From Rhizophagus irregularis (Eukaryota), in contig NC_089429.1 in the NCBI RefSeq assembly GCF_026210795.1, positions 7,316,001 through 7,380,000 of the forward strand: DNA of 64,000 nt, read 5' to 3'. Both the position numbers and the translations under genes were made by a program. A model generated the notes under the pieces. It was not told the origin of the DNA and searched no databases. It saw only the letters and a list, made by a program, of their open reading frames with translations. Shown here piece by piece: positions 23,410 through 37,199 of this stretch (its first letter is position 1; each line of letters starts with the position of its first letter).

Positions 23410-26156
23410 CCCTCAGTGTTTTCATTGTAAAAACTTATTAGTCACACATTATTTGTCACCGCACTGTTCACGTGACAGTGAATAATTCCGCATAATGCTG
23501 GGCGACCAGTGCTTTTTTTAACGCTAGGGTAGTTTATATGGCTTTGCTTTGAATGAGTATGATTGGTAGCAGCTAGATTCGCATTGTGTCATTTGAGTGA
23601 GAACTTATTTTTTTTTTCTCCCACACTCGTTGCGTTTTCGATAACTGAATCGGAAAATAGAGTACAGTACGTTTACATTTTTAAAATTATAAAAGTTAAG
23701 TCTAATGAATAAAATTATATATAACTATTTTTTTTTAATATATAGGTTTCATATCGTAACTTTGTAGCTGGCACTTAAAGTGAATGTATGCGAAAACATT
23801 ATTATGAGGCTTTTCATACTTCAATGTCTTTCATGATAAGAAAATAGGATCATATGAAAAATGTTTTCAGAACGTAAAATCATATCTTTTAATGTCCGAT
23901 GATTTAATAATATATACGTAAGTTTATAAACAAGTTTTTGAATATTTATTAATTATATATTACAATAAAGAATTCTTATTTATAATAATTAATTCTAATC
24001 CAGCCGGGATTCAGATGAAGGAAGGCCAATGAAGACCTGTGGATTTTTTGATTACAATACCTCCAAAGCTTCTACTTCACAAGACAAAATCTACTCTATA
24101 TCGCTCTCAATCATTACGGCTTAATCGAAAAAAAAACACCAAATTTGAAAATGAGCAATATTAACAACTAAGGAAAGAATACAAACAACAAGTTCTATTA
24201 CTCCTGGGCATTCGAGAAAAACTACAGAAGTAACATCAAAAGCAATAACCGAAAAGCTCTAAAACAAAGATTGATGATGATAGTTGAAATTGAGAAAAAG
24301 AATCAAAGTCACTTTGCCTCCAAGAAAATGAAACGGGAACAAAAATAGTATTACATAGCCTTCTAATAATCGTAATAATCGTGCTATTAAATCCTCCCGA
24401 TCAAAAAAATAAAGTATAGACGATGATGGTGATGAAAAAGGTATGGGAAAAGGACGAACGAATACTACTTCTAATATAATTCGGTGGTGATCAGTATAAA
24501 AGTCATATCTTAAAATGCAGGAATGTGCTTACTTGGCAAACCTTTGTTTTACTTCCTATCGTAAAATGCTAAAACAAACAAGAAAACAATTGGGATTAAA
24601 AACATCGGCATCTGCTAATTCAACAAACCTAGGACTATGATAAGAAATAAGAAATGTAATGGTGATTTGGTTGAGACAAAAACGAGAGACAGGGAATATT
24701 TTAAAAATTAATATACGCTTTTCACTTAGTGAGTCTGAAGCCAAAAATAATCAACTGATTAGGGCAACATCGAATAAATGCCACACTTAAGAAAGTTAAC
24801 TATAAATTATTTACGTAATCTCAAAGGGACTCAAAATATGAGAATAACAGAGAAAACAAATAAAAAAATAGAATCTCTAATAAAAAATGTAAATAAATCT
24901 ATAGAACTAATAATCAAAATCCCTTTAAAATAAATAAAAATAGAGATTCTTTCTTTAAAAAGTATGTGATGATACTCGATGGAGACGATTGTAGGTCCTA
25001 GAACTATATGAAATTTTCGTTTGGATACAATTGGAATTTCACAACAGAAGGGTTAAAATCGTTTTTTGAAAGTTAGAAATACCAAAAAAGATTTCCAATT
25101 AAATTTAAGGGTTATTACGGGCCGGATAGTGCATGGACAAATGAACATGATGAGTTGGTGGCTAACCGGAAAAAAAACCATGTTTATATTAATTTATTAT
25201 ATTTATAAATAAAATCATAATTCTATTAAATTATTGCTGTACATTATAAAATGAATCGAGCGGATCATAAATAATTTAAAGATTAAAAAACTTTTTTCTA
25301 CTTTACGCTATGGTGTTGTTTACCCTGAAGAAGTATGGGATAAAGAGGCTATGTATCTTTAAACGGATTAAATTTTAAGATCAATAAGAAAAAAAGAAAA
25401 TTAAAAATTTTGTTGATGAACGAATGATTATAGTTGACGGGACGATAAATGTCCCATAATTGCGGAGAAATACAATATTATAGAAAAATACAATAGTGTA
25501 TTAATTTTCACAACTCTTCTGTGGAGCAATTGGAACTTGGAGGATACTTTAATTGCGTTACAAATTGTTTTTGATGTGTTAAAGACAAAATTTGAGTAGT
25601 ATAGAAAGACTATACAATCGTATTTATTTTTTTGTAAAAGTTTTTTTTTTAAAAAAATAGAATATACATTTTATCGTTTGAAGAAGAAAAAAAAATATTT
25701 TTTTCTTAAAATGTATAAATTCTTTTATTTTAAAGTATTGAAAGGTGAAGCGTTAATTGAACCAGACTGTTTTTGATTATTAGCATTTTTGATTATAAAA
25801 TGCAAATTTTAAAAATTTTAATAGAAAAAAAAAACAGAAAAACTTTGAAATAATGATAATACTTAACGTTAAGAAGGTTGAAAAACCTTTAATTGTAATT
25901 AAAAACACGAATTAAAATATATTGTAATCAATAGATAATAGATAATGTTAGCAGCCGAAACTTGATCCAAGATGCTCCCAAATACTTTATAAACTCTACT
26001 ATCTCTTACAATTTAAATGTCAATAAATTCAAATCTAACAGAAACTAAAGAATTTCTTTAAATAAATACATATGTATAGGTTACTTCTAACTTGCCAGGA
26101 GTGTACATATCAACGTCATCTTGATCTATGATAATAACTGATAATGTTAAATGAAT

Positions 26157-26339
26157 TTTTTATTTTTATTTTTAGAAAACAGAAAAGCGAACCCGTAGAT
26201 TCAATTATACAGAGAACATAAAAGTCTATATATAATACTATCACTACATGGCAAGCCACCCCGAAGCGTGACGATTTCTGTTCTTTATGGAATAGGTGAA
26301 CACGAGTCAGAACCACGAACTTTCCCAAGAACACCCGCC
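26157..26339 (-). mobile_element. Short retroposed insertion (SINE or 5'-truncated LINE 3' end)
   Basis: Flanked by a perfect 19-bp direct repeat ctgataatgttaaatgaat (26138-26156 and 26340-26358), with an A-rich (TAAAAA)n tail on the minus strand. Confidence 0.85.
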
Positions 26340-26372
26340 CTGATAATGTTAAATGAATCTACCACTTACAAA

Positions 26373-26518
26373 TAGGGATGTTGGTTCAAGTAGAGCATGT
26401 GATGATAATCAATCTGATTGGCCTTAAATCGGTTCGGTTTTAAGCCCAAGAGATCCAAATTTAAGTTCGGTTCCAGAATCGACTCGAGTCGACTCATTTT
26501 GAACCGATTCCATCCCTA
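26373..26518. mobile_element. 146-bp hAT MITE
   Basis: TIRs tagggatg and catcccta (Ac/Ds-like ends); perfect 8-bp TSD cttacaaa; cggtt/aaccg subterminal motifs. Confidence 0.92.
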
Positions 26519-26663
26519 CTTACAAATGTAAAATATATTCCTTTAAGAACATGGGAGTGAAACGTGAAAATAATGATTCAAAGAATTTTTTATAATGACT
26601 TTCCAATCCAGGTAAAACTTAGAATCTATTTTATAAAACTAAATATAAGTCTTAGTATACACG

Positions 26664-27347
26664 GACGATCCTGAGATGCAGAAGGAGATTGTGGAGTTGG
26701 CAACAAAATACAAGAAGAAATATGAGGAAGTGCATTAAAAGAAATGAAGGAAAGGGAGGATGCGACGAAAGAAAAGGGAGAAAAAGAAGAAAAGGAAGGG
26801 AAGGCCAAAACTATGAAACAAGTTACTCCAGTAGAGATACACGAATATAATACCGTAAACGCTTCATGCTCGACGAGGTTATTGCCTAACCAAAAAAAAA
26901 ATCTGATAAAGATTGCATAAAAGAGGGTAAGAAGCGGATTATCGGTAAGTAAGGTGATAGAAGCAAAGTAGAGGATGAAGAGGATAGTGAAGGAGAATGG
27001 ACGACGTATCATGGAAGAGGTAAAGGTAGAGTTAGAGGTGTAAGAGGTAGAGGAACAAGAGGTAGAGGTAATCAAAAACAGTAGTGTGTAGATAGTTTGT
27101 GATTTTCTGAGTATCTTTATTTACGTGTTTTTCGTTGGTGGGATAGTATAGTTTTATTAGTATAGTGGACCGCATCACGTTATTGCACTGCCGCGTGAGG
27201 GCCTCGCGTTATTGCACTCCCGCGTCGAGGTGATGGTATGGAGAGATTGGTCAAACTTGATTTGGCCAATTTCAATGTATATGTTCTTGTAAAGTAATTA
27301 GTACTCTTACTTATTGCTAATAAAGTTATACGTTTACCACAAAAAAA
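26664..27347 (+). mobile_element. 5'-truncated non-LTR retrotransposon insertion
   Basis: 17-bp TSD aagtcttagtatacacg (26647-26663 and 27348-27364); aataaa then a poly(A) run at the 3' end; purine-rich decayed coding remnant at the 5' end. Confidence 0.85.
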
Positions 27348-29471
27348 AAGTCTTAGTATACACGTAATACGCATATAATACGCGTGTAATTGAGTTCTAC
27401 CATCCGCTATTCTAATCTTGCGATGATTTTATCATATTCAACATTTGACAGGAATTCAGTTGACTTCATTTTGGATCCAACACGTTTCCTTGTTTGTTGG
27501 TCAAATCAGTGCTTTCAGTATGTAACTATTAAATAAAATTGTAAGATAACAAAAATGATCTATATTAAATATAAAATTTGAATACACAAGCATCACTGTA
27601 TTCTCACAGATATAATTGTTATCGGATAAAGAGATAGCAGACATTGGTATTTTGTCTCGTTATTATTAAAGATAATTGTTATAGTGATAAAAGAGGTGTC
27701 ATTAACAAAGAATTAAATATATAACATTTCTGAATCTTTAAAATTCTTTAAAATCGAGTATTAATGATTCCTGCTTTATAAAGCTCTTTATATTCGAAAT
27801 GATCTATCTATCTTACTTTTCAAGCCCTTCTTCTAAAGCATTGCTTAAATTCTGTTCAGTTAATTGCCAGTTTAGTCGACGATAGCTGTCTTTATATCTC
27901 TATATTACTGTATATAAATTTATAAAAATATAACATACTTTTATCACTACTTTTATCCAATCAGTGTTCTTTATAATTTTGTAATCCGTATTTCAGTAAT
28001 CTTTATTATTTATTGGGAATATACTTTAATATAGATGGTTCAAAAATTTACGGCGGCACAGTATTAATAAAAAGGGTGCGCTTAACTATTAAGTCCCTAT
28101 AAAAAAAATTCTGGAAAAAACTCTGATAAATGATCATTTTCTTCATTGAATTATCTGATTAATGTATAAGAAAGTAAATTTAGGGTATCACTCGATTATG
28201 TTTTACAATTTACATATTAAATATTTAAATTGAAGTAATGGACCAAAAAAATTTAAGGTTATCCATTTATCCCCAATTTTATAGATTCAAGTTCTATTGG
28301 GCCGTTTACTTATAACACAGTAGAGAGTAGATGTGAAAATTAATATACAATATAGAGTATATATTAAATCACCCGTGACTTTACTTATAACGCGTCTTTT
28401 CCCTCATCGTGGGGATATTATTTTTAAATATGACACGGCACACTATATGTTGCGTGCTATGTCCCGATTATTCATGAATTTAAACAAGGTATTTCTTTTA
28501 AATGCAACTTTCATTGGATTATTTCTTTACAAATATCAATAAAATTTGTCATCTCATCGAGGATTTAACTTATACTAAAAATACAAAAACCTTCATATTT
28601 TCTCATAAAGAAATATGCAACTTACTGAAAAAAATTTAAACCAATGGAAGTTAAAATTCTTGCAATTTGAAAATAAACTGAATTATGTAAATTTATTACA
28701 ATACGACAATTCATATTTCACAACCTTAAATTGAATATATTGAATATTTTTCTAAAGGTGAATAATCTAAAATAAATTAATTTGTTGTCAAATTATTACA
28801 ATCATTTGTATTCTCCTTTTTATTTGTATATTGAAAAAATTTTTTCTTCTTTTTTTTATATCTTTATTTTTTAAAGAAATGGAAAAAGTAAATTCTACAT
28901 CAGTTGAAGTATTTTCAACTATTTTAATGCTAACAAAAAAAGATAAGAGAAGAAAAAGAAACACGTGAAACTTTAACTTCTTCTCATAGAAGAGCAAAAC
29001 AAGGCTTGTTTCCTCAAATAGAAACAAATATAGTCTTTGAGTAAGTTATTTTATATTAATTATAATATATATTTTTATGATTGTACGATTAAGCACCGAA
29101 CCCAAGGTGGAGTTGAGTATTCCGAATAAATCTAACGGCACCTAAATCTTACGGGAATTAGTCCCGGTTGGTGAAATATTAATGAAATAAATTGATTGAT
29201 TATTTCTTAGCAATATCATTAATTGTAATGCATTATATTTCTTGCTCTTCTACAATACTTTGCTTTCAATTCATTTAAAAATTATCCAAAAGTGATTCAA
29301 GTCTCTCTAATCTCTGATTCAAAAAGTTTTTAATTTATGTTCATGCTCATGATCAAATTATATGACATGAGGATAATTCAGTCTTGCCGCGTGCTTTTTT
29401 ATCATCTGTTTAACTTGTTCATTTGCCTCGTCCTCAAAAAGATTGTGAGAATACGATCCAAACGGATTTAA

Positions 29472-32400
29472 GATCCTAAATTACCTAACGGTTAAGTAGG
29501 TCATTACTTGACTTAAGTAACAATATTACACCAATTTACCTAATGATAAAATAACGATATATCAACATAGCATATTTTTTTATATTATTTTCACGCTATT
29601 TTATTTTATTTAGTTATAATATGATAGAAAGTATTATTTCGTATATATATATGTATTTTTACTCAAGATCCTCCCGAATTCCTCGTTATTATAAATAATA
29701 GCAAAAAGATATATTTATTTGTTCTAAATCAAAATTCAGTTGATTTAAACAGTATTTAAATATGAAATTCTTGTTATTTGAATTACAAAAAATAAAAATA
29801 AATCAAAACTTTGATTTAATAATTGATAAAATTGTTCCTATGAAAGAAAAGAAGATAAAACTTGTTTAGTAAGTTTCAATTTATATTATAAACAATAAAA
29901 TCTAAACAAATACAAATATGCCGAAATTTATTGTTAGTTTTTTATTAAAAAGAAGAATGTAAAAAGAGAAAAGGATGCAAAAAATATAAGAATATAAAAA
30001 AAAAACGAAATTACAGCAACTTGAAATTTTAATTTTAAAAATTACGCAGTTCTACTGCATCTAAAATGAAAATAGTATACAGTAGTATGAAAAAAATAAA
30101 AATAAAAATAGAAATAAAATCGCAGAAAACGCAAAAAGAAATCTCAACAACTTGATTTAACTAAAACATCATTTATATATTTATTTTATTATTTTATTTA
30201 ACATGGATTTATATTTTATACAGTAGCCGTTTATACAAAAAAGGAGAAAAAAATTAACTTGAATAGAAAAAAAAGTTCTAAAAAAAGGTAAAGATTTATT
30301 CAGAAGTTTATTATTACAATATGTAAATTATAACAATGCACAATGCATCACCTTGTTAATAATATACTGTAATTATGTTCGGAACTCGAAACTCGGAAGG
30401 ATAATGTCTAACCGTCCGTTCATATGATTGTTGCGTCATAGACTTATTTTTAAAAGATAAGAAAAGACGCGGATTAAAGTTAGGATAAGAATTAGCTTAG
30501 AAATAAGTTAAAAAAAAATCTCTTTCTTTGCAAATATTAATATCCTTGATAAAGTAATTTAGCAAGAAGGGTTTTGAATTACGTATTTGTTAAGCATTTT
30601 GCCGATCACTAATAATAAAAAAGCATTATAATATGTTAATTTTTAAACAATTTATTTTTATAAAGTTTTATAAAGAATATTTAAAATTTTACCCTTATTA
30701 TTATTTTTAAAATTTTTTTGACTATTGTTTACTAGAATACGATTTATAAGTTACACAGTAAGTATTACTATAAGTATACTAATAAGTAAGAATTACACTT
30801 GTGTTACCACAAATTATATTTAAATTTGATTATTTTAGCTTTACTTCCCTAAAAAATGAATTTGTTGGGGATAAATTTATTCTACTCTATCCTTTTATTC
30901 ATAAGTCCGTTGACTGTTTATTCTTATAATGTGATACCATATAATGAAACTGAACCTGGACTTGAAGTCTATAAAGTATTTTCTTATAGAGATGAAACAG
31001 CGGTTATCCTTTTAATTAAACCAATAAATGAATCTTGTGTTGAACCACGAATTGATCTTCGCATTTTACATCCAAATGGTACTATTGATAGTGCTAAAGT
31101 TGATTATCCGATCCCAGAATATAATTTTTGTCTTGGACCCAATGGATTTTATTGGTTTGATATTACCCGTTCCCTTCCAAAATTTCTACTTGTGCTTTAT
31201 GCAGATATCGTTTCAGCAAGTTATTATGTATTAGTTATTACTCGGACAGGATATGTTATTAGGTTTGTTACGCTATGATGTTTTATACTGCATATGAATT
31301 TTAACTTATCAAAATTTTTTATATTGGCAAGCAATACACCCGTGGCACCTATCTCTATAATAAATGGAAGTATATATGCCGATGGCTATCTCATGTCGCA
31401 TACAAGCGAAGAATATGGTTTTATTTTTGCAAATTATGAAACTGAAACTGCTGTAATGTGGAAGTACTACAATAAACCGTATGTACCATCATTATTATTG
31501 TTTATTTCAATAATATTAAAGTAAATATGAAAATTAATTCATTCTTTTTGGTTTATTAGGGACGATAAAGGAAATATTAGTCTAATAAATGAAGGAAAAC
31601 ATTATCTGCAAAATCCATTTAATTATTATTTCATATTTCCCGCACTTGATGGAAATTTTGGTATTATAATTGCAAATTCAACAGATATTAATATAAAACC
31701 AGAACCTAATAAATTCATCAATCCATCTAAATTTACGTCTAAGGTTTATGTGTCTTTTATTAAACCTGTTATGAATAGTGTAGATGGCCCTTACTTAATT
31801 TACCAATCAACAATACCTCATTTTGAAGTGGATTTCTTTTGTGATACGGCTTTTACAGGGATTGGTAATATGTGTATTTTGACATTCAACAGAGCAGAAG
31901 ATAAAAATACGACCGAATATATGACTGTGTTATTTCAAACTTCGGGGTTCGTTATATGTTTATAATATTTCTTAAAACCTTAATTATATGTCTAATGATT
32001 GTTTTTTTTTATTCTTAGTTCTGTATTTGATATGAGAAAGCTTTTTGTTGATAAAGAAATAATAGGTGTTAATAGTTTATTTCAAGGAGGATATTTAATA
32101 ACTACACATGATGATCAAAATAAAACTATTGAAGGAATAATACTTGATGATAATGGAAAATATAATGGCACTTGGAGTTATCCACCAGATTTAAATGTAT
32201 CTAATTCTTTTGGAACGGCAGCCTTTCGAAACGGGACACTGTTCTTAGTTACTTTCGAAAATGAAATGACTTGGAAAGTTATATCTACACCTTTACCTAA
32301 ATTCTTCTCGGATGGTAAGCATAAATAAGTTGTTATATATTAATTATTTTTAGTCAAATTAATCTTACTTTATTTCTTTAGATTATGGATACGAAAATCC

Positions 32401-35209
32401 GAATATTAAATCGACTTATCCATTAATTAGCTCAAGTATACCCTTATCAATCACAAACATAAATATTACGTATCATTTGTCTGTAACGATATCAACCAAC
32501 AACGTTTCAATTTATCAATATAATAATAATGACGATCTTCCTATACTGCGTCAATCTGTTTCAGGAGATTCACTATATTTCTCGTATAGTAGTTCTGATA
32601 AAAAGACAATAAACATAAAAGTTTTGCAAAGTACATTTAATCAACCAAACTCAAATTATTATATTGTTGTTAATGATAACGTGGTCAGGGATTGGACGTC
32701 AAATAATCCACTAATAGGTGTTGAAAGAAATCGTTGGAAATTTAATACAAGTAAGTAAGCATATTTTAATATCCGGATAAATTATACTAGTTCTTTATTA
32801 ATATCAATTACAATTCCTTTTATTTAGTAAATATCCAAGATAATTTTGCAGGTAAAAAAATGTTTTTTTATAAAAAATATTATAATTAATTAAATTGATT
32901 TTATTCAATTTTAATAATTTTAATGTTTCATCATATTTAGAGGAATCAATTGGAAGATTTTCTTTAACGGATGAAGGAACAAAATCTTTTGAGAAACTTT
33001 CATTGGATAGTCAGAGAGGATTTTTATCACAATTAAGAATTGATTTAGCAAAATCAATACCTGTCGACATTAATAGATTAGATTATATAAAATGTTGTGA
33101 ATATGATAATAGCAAACAACCTCCAAGAATTCTTTTATCATTACCTATTAAATCGACGACAAATCCATATGAAAGAAATGTTGATCATATTATAAAAGAT
33201 TTAGATATTTTGATTAAAAACAAAGAAGTAACTCCAATTTCATGGTTTGGTACAACAAATCATTTAGAAGCTAGCTTTGGATTTCAGAGATATAGTAATT
33301 ATAATTATTATTATAAAGAATTTTCATTATTTGAATTTTAATTCTTTTTTTATTATTTAGAAAATTTATTGGATGATTTTAAGTTCCATTTAATTGGTAT
33401 TGTTATTGGAATAGTAATTTTAGGATTCCTTTATATTTACGCCAAGAAGAAATATCCCATGGTAAAGTACTTTATATATCTTTTTTTATTATTATTATCC
33501 GTAACTAATAATATATTACTTATTTATAGGGTAAAAATATCGTAATATTTAAATTTCCCTTAATTATTTTGAATTTTATCATGGGTATTATGTTTATTTT
33601 GAATAATGGAAAAAATGTTCCACAATTATTTATTCCAAGGTATGATCCATCTTCATTTTCAAAATTTTTTTTTATGCCAATTAAATTTTTAATTTTTTGT
33701 AAAAAATTTTAATTATAGCGTAATTTTCTGCGTGATACCAATAATAATTAATTTTATTATGGGTGCAATTATAATGCTTCAAGAAATTAAAAAAAACAGA
33801 GATTTCTATGGATGGTTTAAAAACAATGTTGATATGGCATCATTATTTACCATATTATCTGGTACTAATATTGAAATGTTAAATATACTTTCTTCTCAAG
33901 TTGCTGGTATAATTTTATTCAATGCTCCTATATCAGAAGAAACTCAATTTGATATTTTTTGGGGAAGTTTTATCGGATTATTTATTGGTGATATCCCTCG
34001 ATTTATTATTCAGGTTTGTAAAAATTTTAACATTATTATATTAAAACCATTATTAAATTAAAACTAAAATCCCATTGAATTTTAGGTTTTCTACATAAAG
34101 TTAGTTGTTAATTATGATATAATTCCTTTTCTTACTCTATCAACAAGTTCGATTATTTTAGCGAATAATATAATTACAAAAATATATCATGCAATAGTAC
34201 ATTTATATTCAAAAAAAAGGAAATTTGTTATGATATTACAAACTGAAAAGATATTATGTAATTCAGCAAATGAAAATTCCAGTATTACAGTTCCACAAAA
34301 GATAAGAAAAACTGTTAGGCATTCAATGTAAATAATATTTCAATAAAATAAAATAATCATTATAATAAATAATATAAAAACATATAATTTAAATAAATTT
34401 TCAAAAATTAAATTTTTTTTTTTTATTTATAATGAGTTATCTTCATTAAAAATTTTTTAACAAATTTTTTATTATAAAGTTACATTATATTTACATTCCA
34501 AGTTTTAAGCTTTATTTTTTAATGGTGTATAGAAAAAAAAAAGAAAAAAAGAAATCTTAGATTGACAATTTCATGTTTTAAAAAAAAAAAGATTTCTTAA
34601 AATTTTGAATTTGTTTTTCAATTATTATTAACTTTGTTAAAATTTTATTAAAGATTAAATTTCAAGTTCAAAACCAACTAAAGTGTCAAATTACACTATA
34701 AAATTTCAGTTATTATATTGAAAAAAGTTTTGTAATGAATCATATTGTAATGAATCAATTTATATATAAAAGAATAATTACAAATTTGCTATTTTATTTT
34801 TTTTTGAATTATATCAAAATTTTTTTTTCTTTATAATTTTACTTTATTTATGAAAACAATTTATAAATAAAAAAAAAAATTTTTAAATTTTTATTTTTTG
34901 TAATTTAAATAACAAGAATTTCATATTTAAATACTGTTTAAATGTTTAAATCAACTGAATTTTGATTTAGAACAAATAAATATATCATTTTGCTATTATT
35001 TATAACAACGAGGAATTCAGGAGGATCTTGAGTAAAAATACTAAATAATACTTTCTATCATATATAACTAAATAAAATAAAATAGCGTAAAAATAATATA
35101 AAAAAATATGCTATGTTGATATATCGTTATTTTATTATTAGGTAAATTGGTGTAATATTGTTACTTAAGTCAAGTAATGACCTACTTAACCATTAGGTAA
35201 TTTAGGATC
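29472..35209. mobile_element. 5.7-kb unit with ~330-bp TIRs and TTAA flanks, enclosing a complete host gene
   Basis: 29472-~29799 (gatcctaaattacctaacggttaagtaggtcattacttgacttaagtaac...) is the reverse complement of ~34887-35209. TTAA at 29468-29471 and 35210-35213; GA...TC termini; no transposase inside. Confidence 0.8.
30856..34331 (+). CDS. 11-exon receptor-like membrane protein, paralog 2
   Basis: Colinear with 13855-17328, with the same intron positions and micro-exon. ATG at 30856 and TAA at 34329-34331; no disabling lesion noticed by eye. Confidence 0.88.
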
Positions 35210-35273
35210 TTAATTAATTTTACATTTTTGTCTAACATTTATGATTATATTTGCCATCCAAATAAATGAAATG

Positions 35274-35489
35274 GAAGTTCTCGCTTATTTATAATAAAGG
35301 TTATTATAGAAAATTGGCCTTTTACTAATAATTTTTACTATCTTACTTTTTTTTTAAATTCTATTGGTTAATTAGTTTAAAAAAAAATTATAACAATATT
35401 TCCTTTTATAATAAGATCTGCAAAGAATTTTATATATGATTTTTACCTTAAACCTAGGGTGACCTATCTTATAAGTAAATGAAGTTCTG
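35274..35489. mobile_element. Degenerate MITE of the same family as 62776-63000
   Basis: gcttatttataataaagg...aaaattggccttttactaata...ggtgacctatcttataagtaa is shared with the 62776-63000 copy; a further terminus is at ~35788. Confidence 0.7.
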
Positions 35490-35961
35490 ATAGAACCCTA
35501 AATATAACTAAAATAACTGAGATTCTGTATAACAAAAATTTTAAAATACTATATCTCAATCAATATTATACCTAAAATCATGAGTTATATATCAAATATT
35601 GTCTCATTAAAATAAATCTAACAAGCTTAAAGATCATTAAAATCCAATCACTGGATCCTAAGCAAAATTTGAAGCTAAAATCTACATATAATTTTTATAT
35701 ACATTTAAAATAGAAATTAATTATAAGGTTTATACAAATTCAGATTTGGGTTTTTTAATAATGTTCAGGTTCTATTCTGACCTATTTTAGGACTCTGCTT
35801 ACTTCTAATAGAGGTCACCGTAAAATTTTTAAGATTCCTTCAATTAAGTAATTTTACAACCTTTTCAGTTACATTTTTAAATCATATATATTTTTACCTT
35901 ATAATAAGTTTAGTAATATTTATAATTATAGATTATATAAAATATAATTTATTTTAGAAAT

Positions 35962-36104
35962 AATTTATTTATCGCACGTGCGATGCAAATTTTTATGTTT
36001 ATCATTGCCATTTTAAGGGGTGGCGATGTATAAGCAGGTTGATCAACATAAATAATTTACAAAAAAGGAAAGTGGCAATGCATCGCACGTGCGATGAATA
36101 AATT
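35962..36104. repeat. Small foldback element whose two arms each contain the 14-bp palindrome ATCGCACGTGCGAT
   Basis: aatttatttatcgcacgtgcgatgca pairs with tgcatcgcacgtgcgatgaataaatt. Confidence 0.8.
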
Positions 36105-36244
36105 TACTCTTTATTTTATACATTTAGTACTTTTTATTTCTTTTAAAATTGGCCTAATTTTTAAATATAATTATTTTAAAAAAAAGTAAAAAAGTTCCTA
36201 TTTAAAATAAGTTCAAAATTAATCAATAGTTACAAATAAATATA

Positions 36245-36415
36245 CAGTCAACCCTTGTTATAACGAACCCTAGGGTCCAGACCTCAACTGTGCTATAAAA
36301 CTATAGTAAAGATTTTAAGAGATTTGATTGGTTAATTCGTTATAGCAAGGGAAATTTATTATAATTGTCTGAAAAATCCACTATATCAAGGGTTTGCTAT
36401 ATCAAGGTTTGACTG
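36245..36415. mobile_element. 171-bp pogo/Tigger-like MITE
   Basis: ta|cagtcaacccttgttataacgaaccc ... gggtttgctatatcaaggtttgactg|ta. Confidence 0.85.
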
Positions 36416-36930
36416 TATATATTATTTTTGACAAAAAAAAAAAAATAACATTTTTGTAGAATAGTTTTGGAATCATTAGATGAGAATACTGAAGGAATAT
36501 GTTTGATCATCAGCAAAACAAATTTGATGAATGGGAATAATGGTTCTTATACTGGTGTCACCTCAATAGTATTAATAAAGGTCGCTGTGATAATTTTAAT
36601 ACTAATAACACTTTAATTAATTTTGTAAAAATGTCAAACAATTTATTACCTACAGTTGATAATCTCAGGAAGCGCAATAATATATACAAGTATAAGTTAT
36701 TTTAAAAATGTCTAGGGCTGATATTACTACCATTGCATTCTTTTCATTGAGATGAATCCAATGATATAAATTTTATCAAAATTTAATACAGTAGATTCTT
36801 AAAATTAGGAGTATATAGGATAGGAAATTTAAACCCCTGTAATACTAGAGCTGTAACTCTGGCCGGAATTATATGATCGGCGTAAAAATTAAATCTCCCA
36901 TTTCTGTGAAAAGAAAAAATTACTTTTTTT

Positions 36931-37050
36931 TATGGGATATGGGATATGGGATTGGAATGGGATTATGGGATTATGGGATGGGATAAATGGGATATGGGAT
37001 AAATGGGGATATGGGTGGGATGGGATATGGGATTCTCCCAATCCCATTTA
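36931..37050. repeat. (ATGGGAT)n-like degenerate short tandem repeat
   Basis: About a dozen tgggat units in a row, with tccca inverse units on both sides; likely subterminal repeats of a decayed TIR element starting near 36846. Confidence 0.7.
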
Positions 37051-37199
37051 TATGGCGGCAGGTATATTACTATATTTGTGATAATACACAAAAAAAAAAA
37101 AAAAAAAAAACTTTTCCCACTTTAAAATAATGGATAAAAACGCGAGAAAATCCTTCTCCAAACAGTTAATTTGGCTCCTAGAACTTCAAGCATTAGTAA

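Noticed and set aside
23600..25560. Exon-like, purine-rich segments suggesting a decayed gene
   Set aside because: Multiple stops and frameshifts and no family motif I can name.
26626..27075. 149-aa hydrophobic minus-strand ORF resembling a membrane protein
   Set aside because: Antisense shadow of the purine-rich LINE remnant bounded by a 17-bp TSD.
36931..37050. Telomere-like repeat
   Set aside because: Units are irregular ATGGGAT variants rather than TTAGGG, are internal, and are flanked by inverse units as in TE subtermini.
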